Assembly (NCBI GenBank): GCA_000165345.1
Contig: CM000433.1
Span: 768,001 to 832,000 of the forward strand
DNA: 64,000 bases
Reading direction: 5' to 3'
Part shown: piece after piece, positions 46,677 through 56,369 of the stretch
How positions within the stretch are numbered: position 1 is the first letter of the stretch
Layout: each line of letters starts with the position of its first letter
Translations under genes and position numbers: made by a program
The notes under the pieces: model-generated
Told to the model about the DNA's origin: nothing
The model's database searches: none
Seen by the model: only the letters and a program-made list of their open reading frames with translations

Positions 46677-46821
46677 TTAAGATTTTACATCTACGCAATA
46701 ATCTTAAAAAAGGGGTAATTATGAATACAAAATAAAGAATTTGAAATGAATGCTCAAAATATATATTATAAAGTTCTACAAAGAATTATTCTTACTAAAG
46801 ACAATTTCAGTGCAGAAAAAT

Positions 46822-47826
46822 CTACAAAGTTTCATATTTGTACTTACTAAATTTTCTCTCGTTTCTACTTTCGAGAATCTCTCTTAGATATTCTCTCTTA
46901 CATTGAGCAATAACATGCTTGATCAATAATTTCAAGGATTCTTCAAGAAGGTCAGATTGTAAATTAAGATGGGATATATTGTTGGTTGGTATATCATCCC
47001 CTATTTCTCTTGAGAGAATTTCTCTAATATCCTTAATTAATAGAGACGCAGCTTCTACTGTGGATATATTTCCAGCTTTATTCTGTTTTCTGAGTGGGCC
47101 AAAATCAGAAATTAATTTACTACTTATTACAATTCTTTTAATCTCTTTAGGCAAAGACTTGTTAATACTTTTTGCTTGAGACCAAGTACCATCGATCAGT
47201 ATTACTTTAAGTTTAAGTTTTTTATAAAATTCCATAGAAGACAACGTATTCTCGGCTTTTTTATCTGAAATTTCCAGATACTTGTTTGCTTTTAAATCCA
47301 AAAAATACTCACAAATGCTTTTTGAATCTTTGCTGGGATATAGTATTACTGTCTCATTATAACTTTGTAAATCTTGTAAAAGTATCTTCTCCAACCTTTC
47401 ACAACTACCTGGAATTCCGTGAATCAAAATTTCCGATCCAGGAATTAATTGATTCACAAGCTTTCCCGTATTTGATGACCTGAAGTACTCACGATCATTC
47501 ATAAAAATAATAAACCTTATTTCTGGATAGGCTTGAGCTTCTCTAATCTTCCCTGCAAGCCTTGAAAGATCCATACATATACAATGGTCTTTCTTAACCA
47601 AAAAACATAACCTGCACTTAACAAAAGGATGACCCTGCTTTTCCCTTTCTTCCAATTCCCTCATCGATCTTTCAAATCTTCTTTGTACTACTCTCGAGTA
47701 TTTCTCCCTTGGATCCAAATCCTCCAAATCTAGAGAATTGATCCTTTCATTTAGGATCTCCACCTCACTATCTTCTGATTTGGTTGGACCCATATAACCA
47801 AATCTCACATCTACTTTTCTTTCCAC
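46822..47826 (-). CDS. DTW-domain protein (TDD superfamily; candidate tRNA acp3U aminocarboxypropyltransferase DTWD-type)
   Basis: CRLC…C-x-C cysteine cluster and ILIDGTWSQAK (DTW motif). Confidence 0.6.
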   Translation of the reverse strand: MERKVDVRFGYMGPTKSEDSEVEILNERINSLDLEDLDPREKYSRVVQRRFERSMRELEEREKQGHPFVKCRLCFLVKKDHCICMDLSRLAGKIREAQAYPEIRFIIFMNDREYFRSSNTGKLVNQLIPGSEILIHGIPGSCERLEKILLQDLQSYNETVILYPSKDSKSICEYFLDLKANKYLEISDKKAENTLSSMEFYKKLKLKVILIDGTWSQAKSINKSLPKEIKRIVISSKLISDFGPLRKQNKAGNISTVEAASLLIKDIREILSREIGDDIPTNNISHLNLQSDLLEESLKLLIKHVIAQCKREYLREILESRNERKFSKYKYETL

Positions 47827-47856
47827 TCTTTAAGATCTTATGAAAATATCAACAGT

Positions 47857-47967
47857 CACGCGCCAATTAAAATCTCGTAAAACTACCACCGCATTTACCT
47901 AAAGTTACTTTTGACAAAACGAAATTACGCCAACCCGCTAAATGCATTTATATGGATGGGCGGCAAC
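47857..47967. promoter_or_regulatory. E2F-like CACGCGCCAATT and ATGGGCGGCAAC
   Basis: Lies in the divergent intergenic region between the DTW (-) and thioesterase (+) genes. The first box is about 35 nt from the DTW ATG. Confidence 0.35.
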
Positions 47968-48430
47968 ATTTTAGATTCAGTATCGGTAGTACTTTATTGC
48001 GGGGTTAAAATAATTTAATACAAATTAAAAATATACATTTAATAGAGAAGTCAAAAAGTGATCATTTTTAGAGTAGAAACTTATTGAAGTTCAAATACTC
48101 CCAAATAGGATCTTCGAATTTTTTTATTTTTTTTTCAAAATGCGTAGTAGAATCGTTATTTTTTTTTTTAACAATCATAATTATAATAAGTCATGCTTAA
48201 TACCTCTCTATTAGACGGTGTCTCAAACTTGTATACTATTTGCACTTAATGTGATTTGGGTGGGAAGAAATAAAGATTTATTAATTACCTTGAATAGATA
48301 ATTTTATATAATTATTTAAGGAGTAATCTCTATATTAAAACACTCTGTCAAAGGCAGCTTTATTCTGATCTAAGATAAGTAATACTAGTTGATAATAAAA
48401 AGCGTGTTTACATCATTTTTGAAATAAGAT

Positions 48431-49057
48431 ATGGAAAAACAAGCAACAGAACATAAACTTCATCATCAAAGTATCCCAAGTACTGTTTCTACATCCACAG
48501 ACTCGATTGATATTGATTCTTTAAGTCCTAAACAGGTTGAGTCTGATACTTGGTTGGACAAAATCTTAAATGAAAAAGGTATTTTGGATATTACTAACAA
48601 TATTTTGTCTCTAGTAAATGATGAAAATAAATTGATAAATACTTTTAACAAAAACTCTTGTATTATTTCCACAAAGATTTACTTAAGTAAACAGACTGAG
48701 AAACCCCCATCCATTATCTCTGTTATTGAGCTTGGAAAGAATATTGAAAGCCACTCTAATGTAGTTCATGGTGGGTTTTCTGCTACACTAGTTGATAATT
48801 GTCTTGGAATTCTGGCTGCTCAGCTATATAAATTCCCTGTAACTAAAACGCTTAATTTGGCTTATAAGAAGCCAATTCTGCCCGGCCAGACAATAGTTAT
48901 TATTTCAAGAGTTAAGGATTCTGAACAAGAAAATAATGAATCGATGATTCAGTCTGACAGATGTACTCTTATTTCTGAGATCTTTAACATGAATCAGGAT
49001 GTTCTTCTTTCATCTGAGGCTGTTTTTGTTGATATTTCAGGCAGAGTTAAAAAGTGA
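48431..49057 (+). CDS. hotdog-fold acyl-CoA thioesterase (PaaI/THEM2-like) with an N-terminal extension
   Basis: C-terminal about 110 aa carry HGGFSATLVDNCLGILAA and hotdog-like spacing. The N-terminal about 95 aa are unmatched. Confidence 0.45.
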   Translation: MEKQATEHKLHHQSIPSTVSTSTDSIDIDSLSPKQVESDTWLDKILNEKGILDITNNILSLVNDENKLINTFNKNSCIISTKIYLSKQTEKPPSIISVIELGKNIESHSNVVHGGFSATLVDNCLGILAAQLYKFPVTKTLNLAYKKPILPGQTIVIISRVKDSEQENNESMIQSDRCTLISEIFNMNQDVLLSSEAVFVDISGRVKK

Positions 49058-49998
49058 ATATATAATACCGTGATTATGCTAGATATTAATCCGGCTATTG
49101 TATTTACTAAGTAATAGTTATTTCTACATTATGTTTTTTATTTAATTTCTCACAAAGAAACAATCACCCGTTTCTGACTAAGCTAAATGTCATTATTAAA
49201 GGAAACAAACATCTATTTTCCATACCCCTAAACAACCACTAACTTTTAATCATTCTATCTTCTATATTCAATACTTAATATTTCCCAAAATTAATATCCC
49301 CTTCTCTCCCCCACTCCACCTTTCGTATAAGTACCATTAAAATGATCTAAGGCTTCAGGATGTTACTTCCATTTATTTGATTAAATTGCTATAAAGCTAA
49401 TAAGAACAAAATCACTAAGTATTCTCGAGTTATTAAATTAAAAAGGTATTCATAAACCCCAATACAATAATAATAATAATGGTGGAATTGGAAACAATGC
49501 GGTTGTACATGCTTTGAAATAAAGTATATTGTATTAGTATTTCTAATAGAGCGATACCCTATATTAAAGATTCATTCGTGACCAGCTTAACCCCATATTC
49601 AAATTTAATTAAAATCAAAACAATTTAAACTTATACCGGCGATGATATTAACGCACTTGTCTTTAATTATTCTTTATTCTTTCTTTTTTTTTTGTTTTTG
49701 TTCAATTCTTTAACCCATAATATTTAGACAATACTGCCGTTACCATTTGTTGAATTTACCAAAAACAAAATAATTAAATGTGGTTAGACAAGACTTGGTG
49801 CACGTTACTTATAATATATTTTTAAAGAATATAAGGAGACACTAAATAACAATATGGGGAAATTTAATGTTTTTATTGTATATTAAATATTATTGGGGGA
49901 GTAATGTTTTTTAAGCAAATCACTTTAATCATTTTGCAGAATTAAATTCTTAATCAATAGAATTTTGCTTTAATTGGAATTTAAGGGATTGAGTCATA

Positions 49999-50892
49999 AT
50001 GAGATTTTACGTCACTTTAATATCTGTTATTGCAGCTTTGCTCTGTACCTCTACATCAGTTCTCTCTATGGAACACAAGTCCTTAAGACAATCTAAAACT
50101 GAATTATTTACAAAAGTTGGTCTATTTATAGAAGGATTCACACTTGAATCAGTTGCAAGAACAAAGTTGGCGATAGAAAAAGGATTCGAACAAGTTGAAA
50201 TTGTTGATTTGACATTGGGGGATCTTAAAGCATTGCCAGCTTCACATGGTATTCAATTATTTGTTGCTCCATCTGAAATGTCCACTGGATTAGAATCAGT
50301 TGCTAAGGAAGGTATGGCCATCATCTCAGATTTTGTCCTCAAGGGTTCTTTCCTCTTTTCTCAGATGGATTCATCCTCAACATTATGTAAGGAATTCGAC
50401 TACGAAGGTGTTAAGACTTCCAACTCTCCATTCATTTATGATGGAGTATGTGTTGGTCCAATCACAAAGAGTGGTCCAATGGAAACTGAATGCAGAGCTA
50501 TTACAGCCCAAGTAGACAGTAGAGCTAGAATGGTTACTTACAATAACTTGTTTGTTCACAGGGGTTTCTACTTTGTTGATGCTGAGTCCAAGAAGAATTG
50601 CAAAATCCTCGCAAGTGCTACTCCACGTGATAACTCTGAGACTTTGATTGAGTTCAGAAGCAATACTAATGCTAAGGCTATTATTGTTGCATGCAAGCAC
50701 GGAAGTGGAGCTGCAATTCTCTCAGGAGTCCAATTAGACCAGAACGCAGCATTCTTGAAGAGCTATATCGCCAGACATCCAGAAAATACTCATGTTAAGA
50801 GTGTTACTGAATCTCTCTCTGATGTAACAGAATTCACAAAATCACTCTTACATTTCGTAGTCATGATGAAGGTCACTGCTACTTTAGAGTAG
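49999..50892 (+). CDS. secreted hypothetical protein (297 aa)
   Basis: Signal peptide MRFYVTLISVIAALLCTSTSVLS. No domain recognised by eye. Confidence 0.5.
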   Translation: MRFYVTLISVIAALLCTSTSVLSMEHKSLRQSKTELFTKVGLFIEGFTLESVARTKLAIEKGFEQVEIVDLTLGDLKALPASHGIQLFVAPSEMSTGLESVAKEGMAIISDFVLKGSFLFSQMDSSSTLCKEFDYEGVKTSNSPFIYDGVCVGPITKSGPMETECRAITAQVDSRARMVTYNNLFVHRGFYFVDAESKKNCKILASATPRDNSETLIEFRSNTNAKAIIVACKHGSGAAILSGVQLDQNAAFLKSYIARHPENTHVKSVTESLSDVTEFTKSLLHFVVMMKVTATLE

Positions 50893-51186
50893 ATTGTAAT
50901 GCTTGGGTTAGTTTGCGACGGAGTTAGGTAGAGTTTATGCTTTGGTTGATGGAAACCCGGCTCTAGTATGTTATAGTCCTTTCGTAACTAACTTTAATTT
51001 GCTCTTTTTGTATTGGTTCGTGGGTTTGCCGTTGAACACTAGTGATTTTCTAGGTGATAGTTGGTGTGAATTTAAAGCATTAAATCGTGACTAGGCAATA
51101 GAATATTTGAACTTTAGTTAAAAACAAGAATAAACAATTTAAGGAAAATTACTAATACAATTCAAATACATACTATCCAAATAAAT

Positions 51187-52659
51187 TTATTCGTTAATAC
51201 TCTGAAGTTTTGACTTTCTCTCAAGAGTATATAAGAACTTGACATAAATAACTCCTACAATTATAGTAGGTGGAATTAACATAAAGTTAATTTCTTGGAA
51301 TGTCCATCCATTTTGACTAAATAATGAGATCAAATATTGAGGAAGATATCCTACAGGGAATGACTGTAGTAATAGATTTACTCCAGCAAAAGTACAAATA
51401 ACATCTGTAGGTATTGCCAAAGTAAATAGAGAATATGCAGAACTAAACACAGCTTCTTGACTTGTTGTATATGCAATAAAGGTAAGTAATTGGAATGAAA
51501 CATTTGGAACCAATTTAAATATTGCGCAAACAACCAAAAGTATAGTTGGAACAAGGGCAGATTTCCATAATCCATATCTATCAACCAAATAACCCTCCAA
51601 TACACCAACAATGGAACCAAATGGTGAGACAGTTGTGAAAATGGTTGACCAGTAATAACCAATTTTCTTTCTCTCTTCAATTGAGCTTAAACCACTAAGT
51701 TCTTCTATTTGCAGTGATAGGGTTGATACATAAAAGTTGACTGAAACAACAACAAGTACTTCCAAGAGGAATTGAACCACAAACATCTCGGAAAAGATGG
51801 ACCTAAATAGAGGCTTGATTTTAGACTGAACAAATCCAGAGTTATTTTCTCTGTCGGAACGGACAACATTTACCTGATTTTCTGAGTTACCTTCATTTGT
51901 ATTACCTTTAATAGAATAGAAACCACATTTCTTTAGTGAGAAACCACAACTATCTCCCAAATGAATAATTCTGTTTGGGAGTAATAAACTGAACAAAACA
52001 AAAAATGCCTGAATAAAAGCAAGGGGAAGAAGTGATACTTTTAATGTAGTTTGGAAATGAGAATGAATTAATTGTACAACAAGGAAAGTAAGAGATGAAA
52101 AGCCATAAAGTGTTGAGAATGTAGATGCAATAACTGCTCTACCCTTGGGGAAAAGATTTGATAAATGAATGAACGATGGGATGTAAATACAACCGCATAA
52201 ATTTTGTAGAATTGCGCCATACCAAATGTAATCAATACTTCCTCTTGGATTACCAACAGCAATCATAAATGTACCTAATGCGGTAATAAATTGGCAAACT
52301 GCCATAAATTTTGGCCCAATAACGTCCATTAAAATACTTAAGAATAAGACAGAGAACATTTGAACCGACTGAGAGATAGACATCAAATTTGCCAAATATA
52401 CTTCTTCTTCTACACAAGGAAGGGATGGATCCTCACAGAGAAACCTATAAGCTCCAGTATCCTTGATAATGTTGGCTAAAGACTGCCAGCCAAGAATAAT
52501 ACCTGAACTGACAAGCATTTGAAGAAATGCTAAGGAAACTAAAAAATAGGCATTAAAGCCACTGCTTTTATTTTTAGCCATAACTAAAGGCTCTGCTTCA
52601 CTAATTATTTTTGAATTCTTCGATTTGCCCATTATGAAATAATGAGACCTAATAAACAA
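51187..52659 (-). CDS. major facilitator superfamily transporter (SLC43/LAT3-like)
   Basis: About 12 predicted TM helices in a 6+6 arrangement with a central hydrophilic loop. Confidence 0.5.
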   Translation of the reverse strand: MFIRSHYFIMGKSKNSKIISEAEPLVMAKNKSSGFNAYFLVSLAFLQMLVSSGIILGWQSLANIIKDTGAYRFLCEDPSLPCVEEEVYLANLMSISQSVQMFSVLFLSILMDVIGPKFMAVCQFITALGTFMIAVGNPRGSIDYIWYGAILQNLCGCIYIPSFIHLSNLFPKGRAVIASTFSTLYGFSSLTFLVVQLIHSHFQTTLKVSLLPLAFIQAFFVLFSLLLPNRIIHLGDSCGFSLKKCGFYSIKGNTNEGNSENQVNVVRSDRENNSGFVQSKIKPLFRSIFSEMFVVQFLLEVLVVVSVNFYVSTLSLQIEELSGLSSIEERKKIGYYWSTIFTTVSPFGSIVGVLEGYLVDRYGLWKSALVPTILLVVCAIFKLVPNVSFQLLTFIAYTTSQEAVFSSAYSLFTLAIPTDVICTFAGVNLLLQSFPVGYLPQYLISLFSQNGWTFQEINFMLIPPTIIVGVIYVKFLYTLERKSKLQSINE

Positions 52660-53131
52660 ACTTTTCTAAATTTTTCTTTTTGTCAAATTAACTTGTACTG
52701 TTACTATCCCCGGGAGACATTATTATTGAATCTGATAACTACATGAATTCCCCGCCATAAATTATTAAAAGGCATTATTTTTTCAATTGCCATTAAAAAT
52801 TGTAAAATCTGCTTTTTTTGGCATGAACTTTAGTGGTGAATAACTATTTAAACTATTTGTACTTTGAATTCTTTTTTTTTTGCCGTAGTGCTGATTAATT
52901 TGTATTTAATTTTTACTATTCTTGAACTACTAATTAATTTTAGCTAAGAATTTATTCAATTAACTATAATATTTATCGTATCAAAACATAAAATTAATAA
53001 AATAAGAGTAGCTCCATGAGTAATAATAAAATAGCAATGTACATTTCTGCGGTCTCAATTATAAAATAACTAGGGCATTTGTATAGACAAGAATCAACTA
53101 TAAAGCAAGTTCATGGTATTTTCGTTGATAA

Positions 53132-53147
53132 TTTTTTGGCGCCAAAT
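53132..53147. promoter_or_regulatory. palindromic E2F-like TTTTTTGGCGCCAAAT
   Basis: About 80 nt upstream of the GrpE ATG. The same intergenic region also serves the divergent MFS gene. Confidence 0.5.
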
Positions 53148-53225
53148 ATGTGTAAGGACAGATTGAGCGGTAATATTATGTACTATTACTAAGCCTTTAA
53201 TAACCAAGCAAAAGTAGCAGATAAA

Positions 53226-53930
53226 ATGCTGCCTTTTCTCACCCTAGCAAGGAATTTGGGAGCCGGATCAGTAAGGGTGGGTTTGGTGAGTAATTTCTCT
53301 AAGGGTCAACTATTTTTTGTTGGAAAAAATCTGTTGAAAAATTTGGGTACAAGGGCTATATCAAGCAAGTCAAAGCCGACATCAGTTTGCGAAGAAGAGG
53401 AAAGAGCAATTTTGGAGGCAGAGGTTGCAAAGATTGGAGTTCTTCAGGAAAGAATTAAGACCCTTGAGAAGGATGCAAGTGGTTATATTCATAAAATAGA
53501 AGAATCTAAGGAAAAACTGTTACGTTCACTAGCAGAAAATGAGAATTTAAGACAAAGGCATAGGAAAGACTTAGAAGCAGCAAGAGAATACTCAATTTCA
53601 GGCTTTGCTAAAAGTCTTTTGGATGTCTCTGATAGCCTTTCCAGAGCCTTATTGTCCGTAGATATTGAAAATGTAGATAAAAATTCAATCAAAAGTTTAT
53701 ATAATGGAATTAGCATGACATATTCGTCATTAGAAAAGGTTTTTGAAGCACACGGTATTAAGAGATTCCAATCTTTAGGAAAACAATTTAATCCAAAAGA
53801 GCATGAAGCCGTATTTGAAGTTAAGGATACATCTAAGCCAAAAGGCCAAGTTTGTGAGGAGCTCTTGCCTGGGTACAAGATCCATGATAGAGTCCTCAGA
53901 GCTGCAAAGGTTGCTACCATTAAGAATTGA
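53226..53930 (+). CDS. MGE1: GrpE nucleotide-exchange factor (Mge1-like, organellar Hsp70 co-chaperone)
   Basis: Presequence-like N-terminus (MLPFLTLARNLGAGSVRV). The GrpE core includes LRQRHRKDLEAAREYSISGFAKSLLDVSD and a C-terminal HDRVLRAAKVATIKN (GrpE signature G.RVLRPA.V). Confidence 0.8.
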   Translation: MLPFLTLARNLGAGSVRVGLVSNFSKGQLFFVGKNLLKNLGTRAISSKSKPTSVCEEEERAILEAEVAKIGVLQERIKTLEKDASGYIHKIEESKEKLLRSLAENENLRQRHRKDLEAAREYSISGFAKSLLDVSDSLSRALLSVDIENVDKNSIKSLYNGISMTYSSLEKVFEAHGIKRFQSLGKQFNPKEHEAVFEVKDTSKPKGQVCEELLPGYKIHDRVLRAAKVATIKN

Positions 53931-54000
53931 TCAGTTTCTTCCCATTCTGTTGTTAATTATTTTCAAGCATTATTTTAAATTAATTTTTTTTTAATTTGAG

Positions 54001-54012
54001 TTGGCGCTGAAA
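54001..54012. promoter_or_regulatory. E2F-like TTGGCGCTGAAA
   Basis: About 75 nt upstream of the Pam18 ATG. Confidence 0.4.
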
Positions 54013-54086
54013 TTTATCATTTATTAATTAGCCTTGCGATTCTCAGAGGTAGACCAAATAAAATGTGAATATGAAAGTAAAGAAAA

Positions 54087-54428
54087 ATGATATGGCCATT
54101 TTTAATGATAACTGCAGGAGCTAGTCTTGTAATTGCAAGAGGAACGCCTATATTAGCTAGGAGAGCTGGATTCTTTTCTCGGAATATGATCAGGCCTTTG
54201 GCAGGATCAACGGGGAAGTTTCCTTTAAAACTCAAGGGATTTGAGAACCCAATGAGTATTAGGGAGGCTTACAAGATATTGAATGTACCTCCGATTGCAT
54301 CGAAAGCGAGAGTTAGAGAAGCCCACAGACAGCTAATGCTAAGGAACCACCCAGATAATGGAGGCTCTAACTATGTTGCCTCCAAAGTTAATGAGGCAAA
54401 AGAATTAATTTGTGGGGATAAAGATTAA
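54087..54428 (+). CDS. PAM18: Pam18/Tim14 (DNAJC19-like) import-motor J-protein
   Basis: N-terminal TM anchor. The C-terminal J-domain is REAYKILNVPPIASKARVREAHRQLMLRNHPDNGGSNYVASKVNEAKELI, which matches Pam18 closely. Confidence 0.8.
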   Translation: MIWPFLMITAGASLVIARGTPILARRAGFFSRNMIRPLAGSTGKFPLKLKGFENPMSIREAYKILNVPPIASKARVREAHRQLMLRNHPDNGGSNYVASKVNEAKELICGDKD

Positions 54429-54668
54429 TCACTAGTTGTAGGTTTAACATTTTCCGGGGAAACAAGTACTTTGCATTAGTTTGGCACAATTTACAGGGAA
54501 GGAGGATTTTTAGAATCTTGCACCTTAAAATTAATATAGTTATTGTTTTTAATTCATATATAATCTCACAATCCTTCAGTTTTAAATATTTGTTTTTAAT
54601 TTTATTTCAACATTCGCTCTTTTATTTAACTTATTTTTTTTTTTTTTTTTGGGGTTGCATCTTGAAAA

Positions 54669-54681
54669 TTTGGGCGCCTGG
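54669..54681. promoter_or_regulatory. E2F-like TTTGGGCGCCTGG, preceded by a T17 tract and GGGG
   Basis: About 50 nt upstream of the J-like gene ATG. The poly(dT) tract is at 54634-54650. Confidence 0.4.
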
Positions 54682-54726
54682 ATTTTGTAATAAACTAGAA
54701 TAAAAATTCAAAGCAAACTTTGTGAA

Positions 54727-55257
54727 ATGCCAGGAAGCACATATATTGAAAAGATCAAAACACATTATGATACATTGGAATTAAAGAAAGATTGCTCTAA
54801 AGAGGATATATGTAGGGCGTATATGAGGCTTGCATTAGAATGGTATCCCGATGGAAATAGATCGGATACAGAACTAAAGGGTACAATGTTTAAAAAGATC
54901 TCAAATGCATACCAAATACTCTCAAATGACGAATTGAGACGCAAATATGATTCTAGCATTGATGAGCTCATCAAAAAAAACAGCTCTGAAATGAATCAGA
55001 ATTTAAATTTTGATCCATATGAAGTTTTTGAGAAATTTATGACAGAAGTACTGGCAGATAAAGAAAAGTATTATCAGTATTCTTCCCCATGTAATGGTGG
55101 ATTTTACATTCATTCAAATTCGGATTTTAACTCTGATTCTGATATTGAATTCGGATTGGATGGAGACGAAAAAGACGCCAATATTAATGATGATCTTTTC
55201 ACAGAAGATGAAGATATTGAATATTGTGATGATTATCATTATAGAAACACCTTTTAA
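54727..55257 (+). CDS. J-like domain protein with degenerate HPD (YPD) and an acidic C-terminal tail
   Basis: HYDTLELKKDCSKEDICRAYMRLALEWYPDGNRSDTELKGTMFKKISNAYQILSNDELRRKYD has full J-domain architecture, but the catalytic His is Tyr. The C-terminus is DDLFTEDEDIEYCDDYHY. Confidence 0.6.
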   Translation: MPGSTYIEKIKTHYDTLELKKDCSKEDICRAYMRLALEWYPDGNRSDTELKGTMFKKISNAYQILSNDELRRKYDSSIDELIKKNSSEMNQNLNFDPYEVFEKFMTEVLADKEKYYQYSSPCNGGFYIHSNSDFNSDSDIEFGLDGDEKDANINDDLFTEDEDIEYCDDYHYRNTF

Positions 55258-55877
55258 ATTATCCAAAATTAAACTTCAAACACACAAATGTATTTTTTGT
55301 CCTAAATTATACCAAATATCTTTATTTTTGTATGTATAATAAAGATCAGCTCAATATCCTCAATATAAGTGTAGGATAACTTGAAACCACATCTTTAAAG
55401 TATATGTTGGTAAAAAAACAAGAATTTATATAAACTGGTTAATTTGTAATTGGTAATAAGTTGATTAGAACTCAAACATAGTTCAAAGAATTCATATATT
55501 TACTCTTTCAACAAAAAACGGATGTTTGGGAATTTTCTATTACAAATACTTAGTAGATATTTATCGACAGCTTTAAAGCTAAAAGGAAAAAAATGATCAA
55601 TTTAATCAATTATTCAATGTTCAAAGAAATCTAGCTAGACTTTTATATTTGGAAGTTATCTATTTTTGACATTTTGGATAGATAATCTTCTTTATATAGC
55701 TGAACCTGATTAAATTTATGCTTTGGGTCATTTAATAGGTCACTTAAGGTAATTTCAGCAGCAACTTGTTGTACTTTTTGGCAGCATTGGATCTAAAAGT
55801 GGGAATAAAAAAAAAATCAATGAGTAAGTTGATGTCTTGTAATAATAGCGCAGATAGAAGATTTATCAACTTTTCAA

Positions 55878-56112
55878 TTAATGTTCTTCCTCCAGCTAAA
55901 GAAAAAATTTCAGTAATGTGACTAGCCAGTCACTATGAGCGACTTACAATTTTATGAATTTGGATTTTCATGGAAAATGAAGATAAATAAGAATCGTAAG
56001 CAGTACCCTCCAATGTTGAAATCTGACTCTGTTCAATGATTCGATTCATATTATCCACCATTTTGCTTATACAATCATTCACAGTTTCCTTGCAGCGTGT
56101 CCTTGCACTCAT
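55878..56112 (-). CDS. candidate small protein (about 60 aa), possibly two exons with a 52-nt intron at 55896-55947
   Basis: Minus-strand ATG at 56112 encodes MSARTRCKETVNDCISKMVDNMNRIIEQSQISTLEGTAYDSYLSSFSMKIQIHKI. A GTAAGT donor and a TTTTCTTTAG acceptor would add LEEEH*. A CAGCGCGCGCGG box sits about 45 nt upstream. Below the 60-aa cutoff of the ORF track. Confidence 0.3.
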
Positions 56113-56151
56113 TATTTATAATGTAATAATTTAGGGGGTAACTCAAATGGA

Positions 56152-56173
56152 CAGCGCGCGCGGTAATGGCAAA
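56152..56173. promoter_or_regulatory. GC box CAGCGCGCGCGGTAATGGCAAA
   Basis: Lies between the candidate small minus-strand ORF (about 45 nt away) and BRF1 (about 200 nt upstream of its ATG). Confidence 0.35.
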
Positions 56174-56369
56174 TTTTTTTTTAGAGAGAATGATTTATTG
56201 ATATATAGGATTTCATGAGCAAAGAGTAATTTTAAAAATAAAAATTAAAAAAAAAATTGAAATAGAAAAATTAGTTTGTGCTCATAATAGAGCGTAAATG
56301 GTGATAATATCTGAATAATTGATTAATTGAATTAAAGTAGTTTGTTGTGGAGGTAGAGTATGAGAGAAA

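Noticed and set aside
50893-51186. Possible snRNA/tRNA in the G+T-rich island
   Set aside because: No cloverleaf with a GTTCGAATC-type T-loop and none of the U1/U2/U4/U5/U6 conserved boxes I can recall. The only Sm-like stretch (GATTTTCTAGG) is imperfect. Kept only as a low-interest compositional anomaly.
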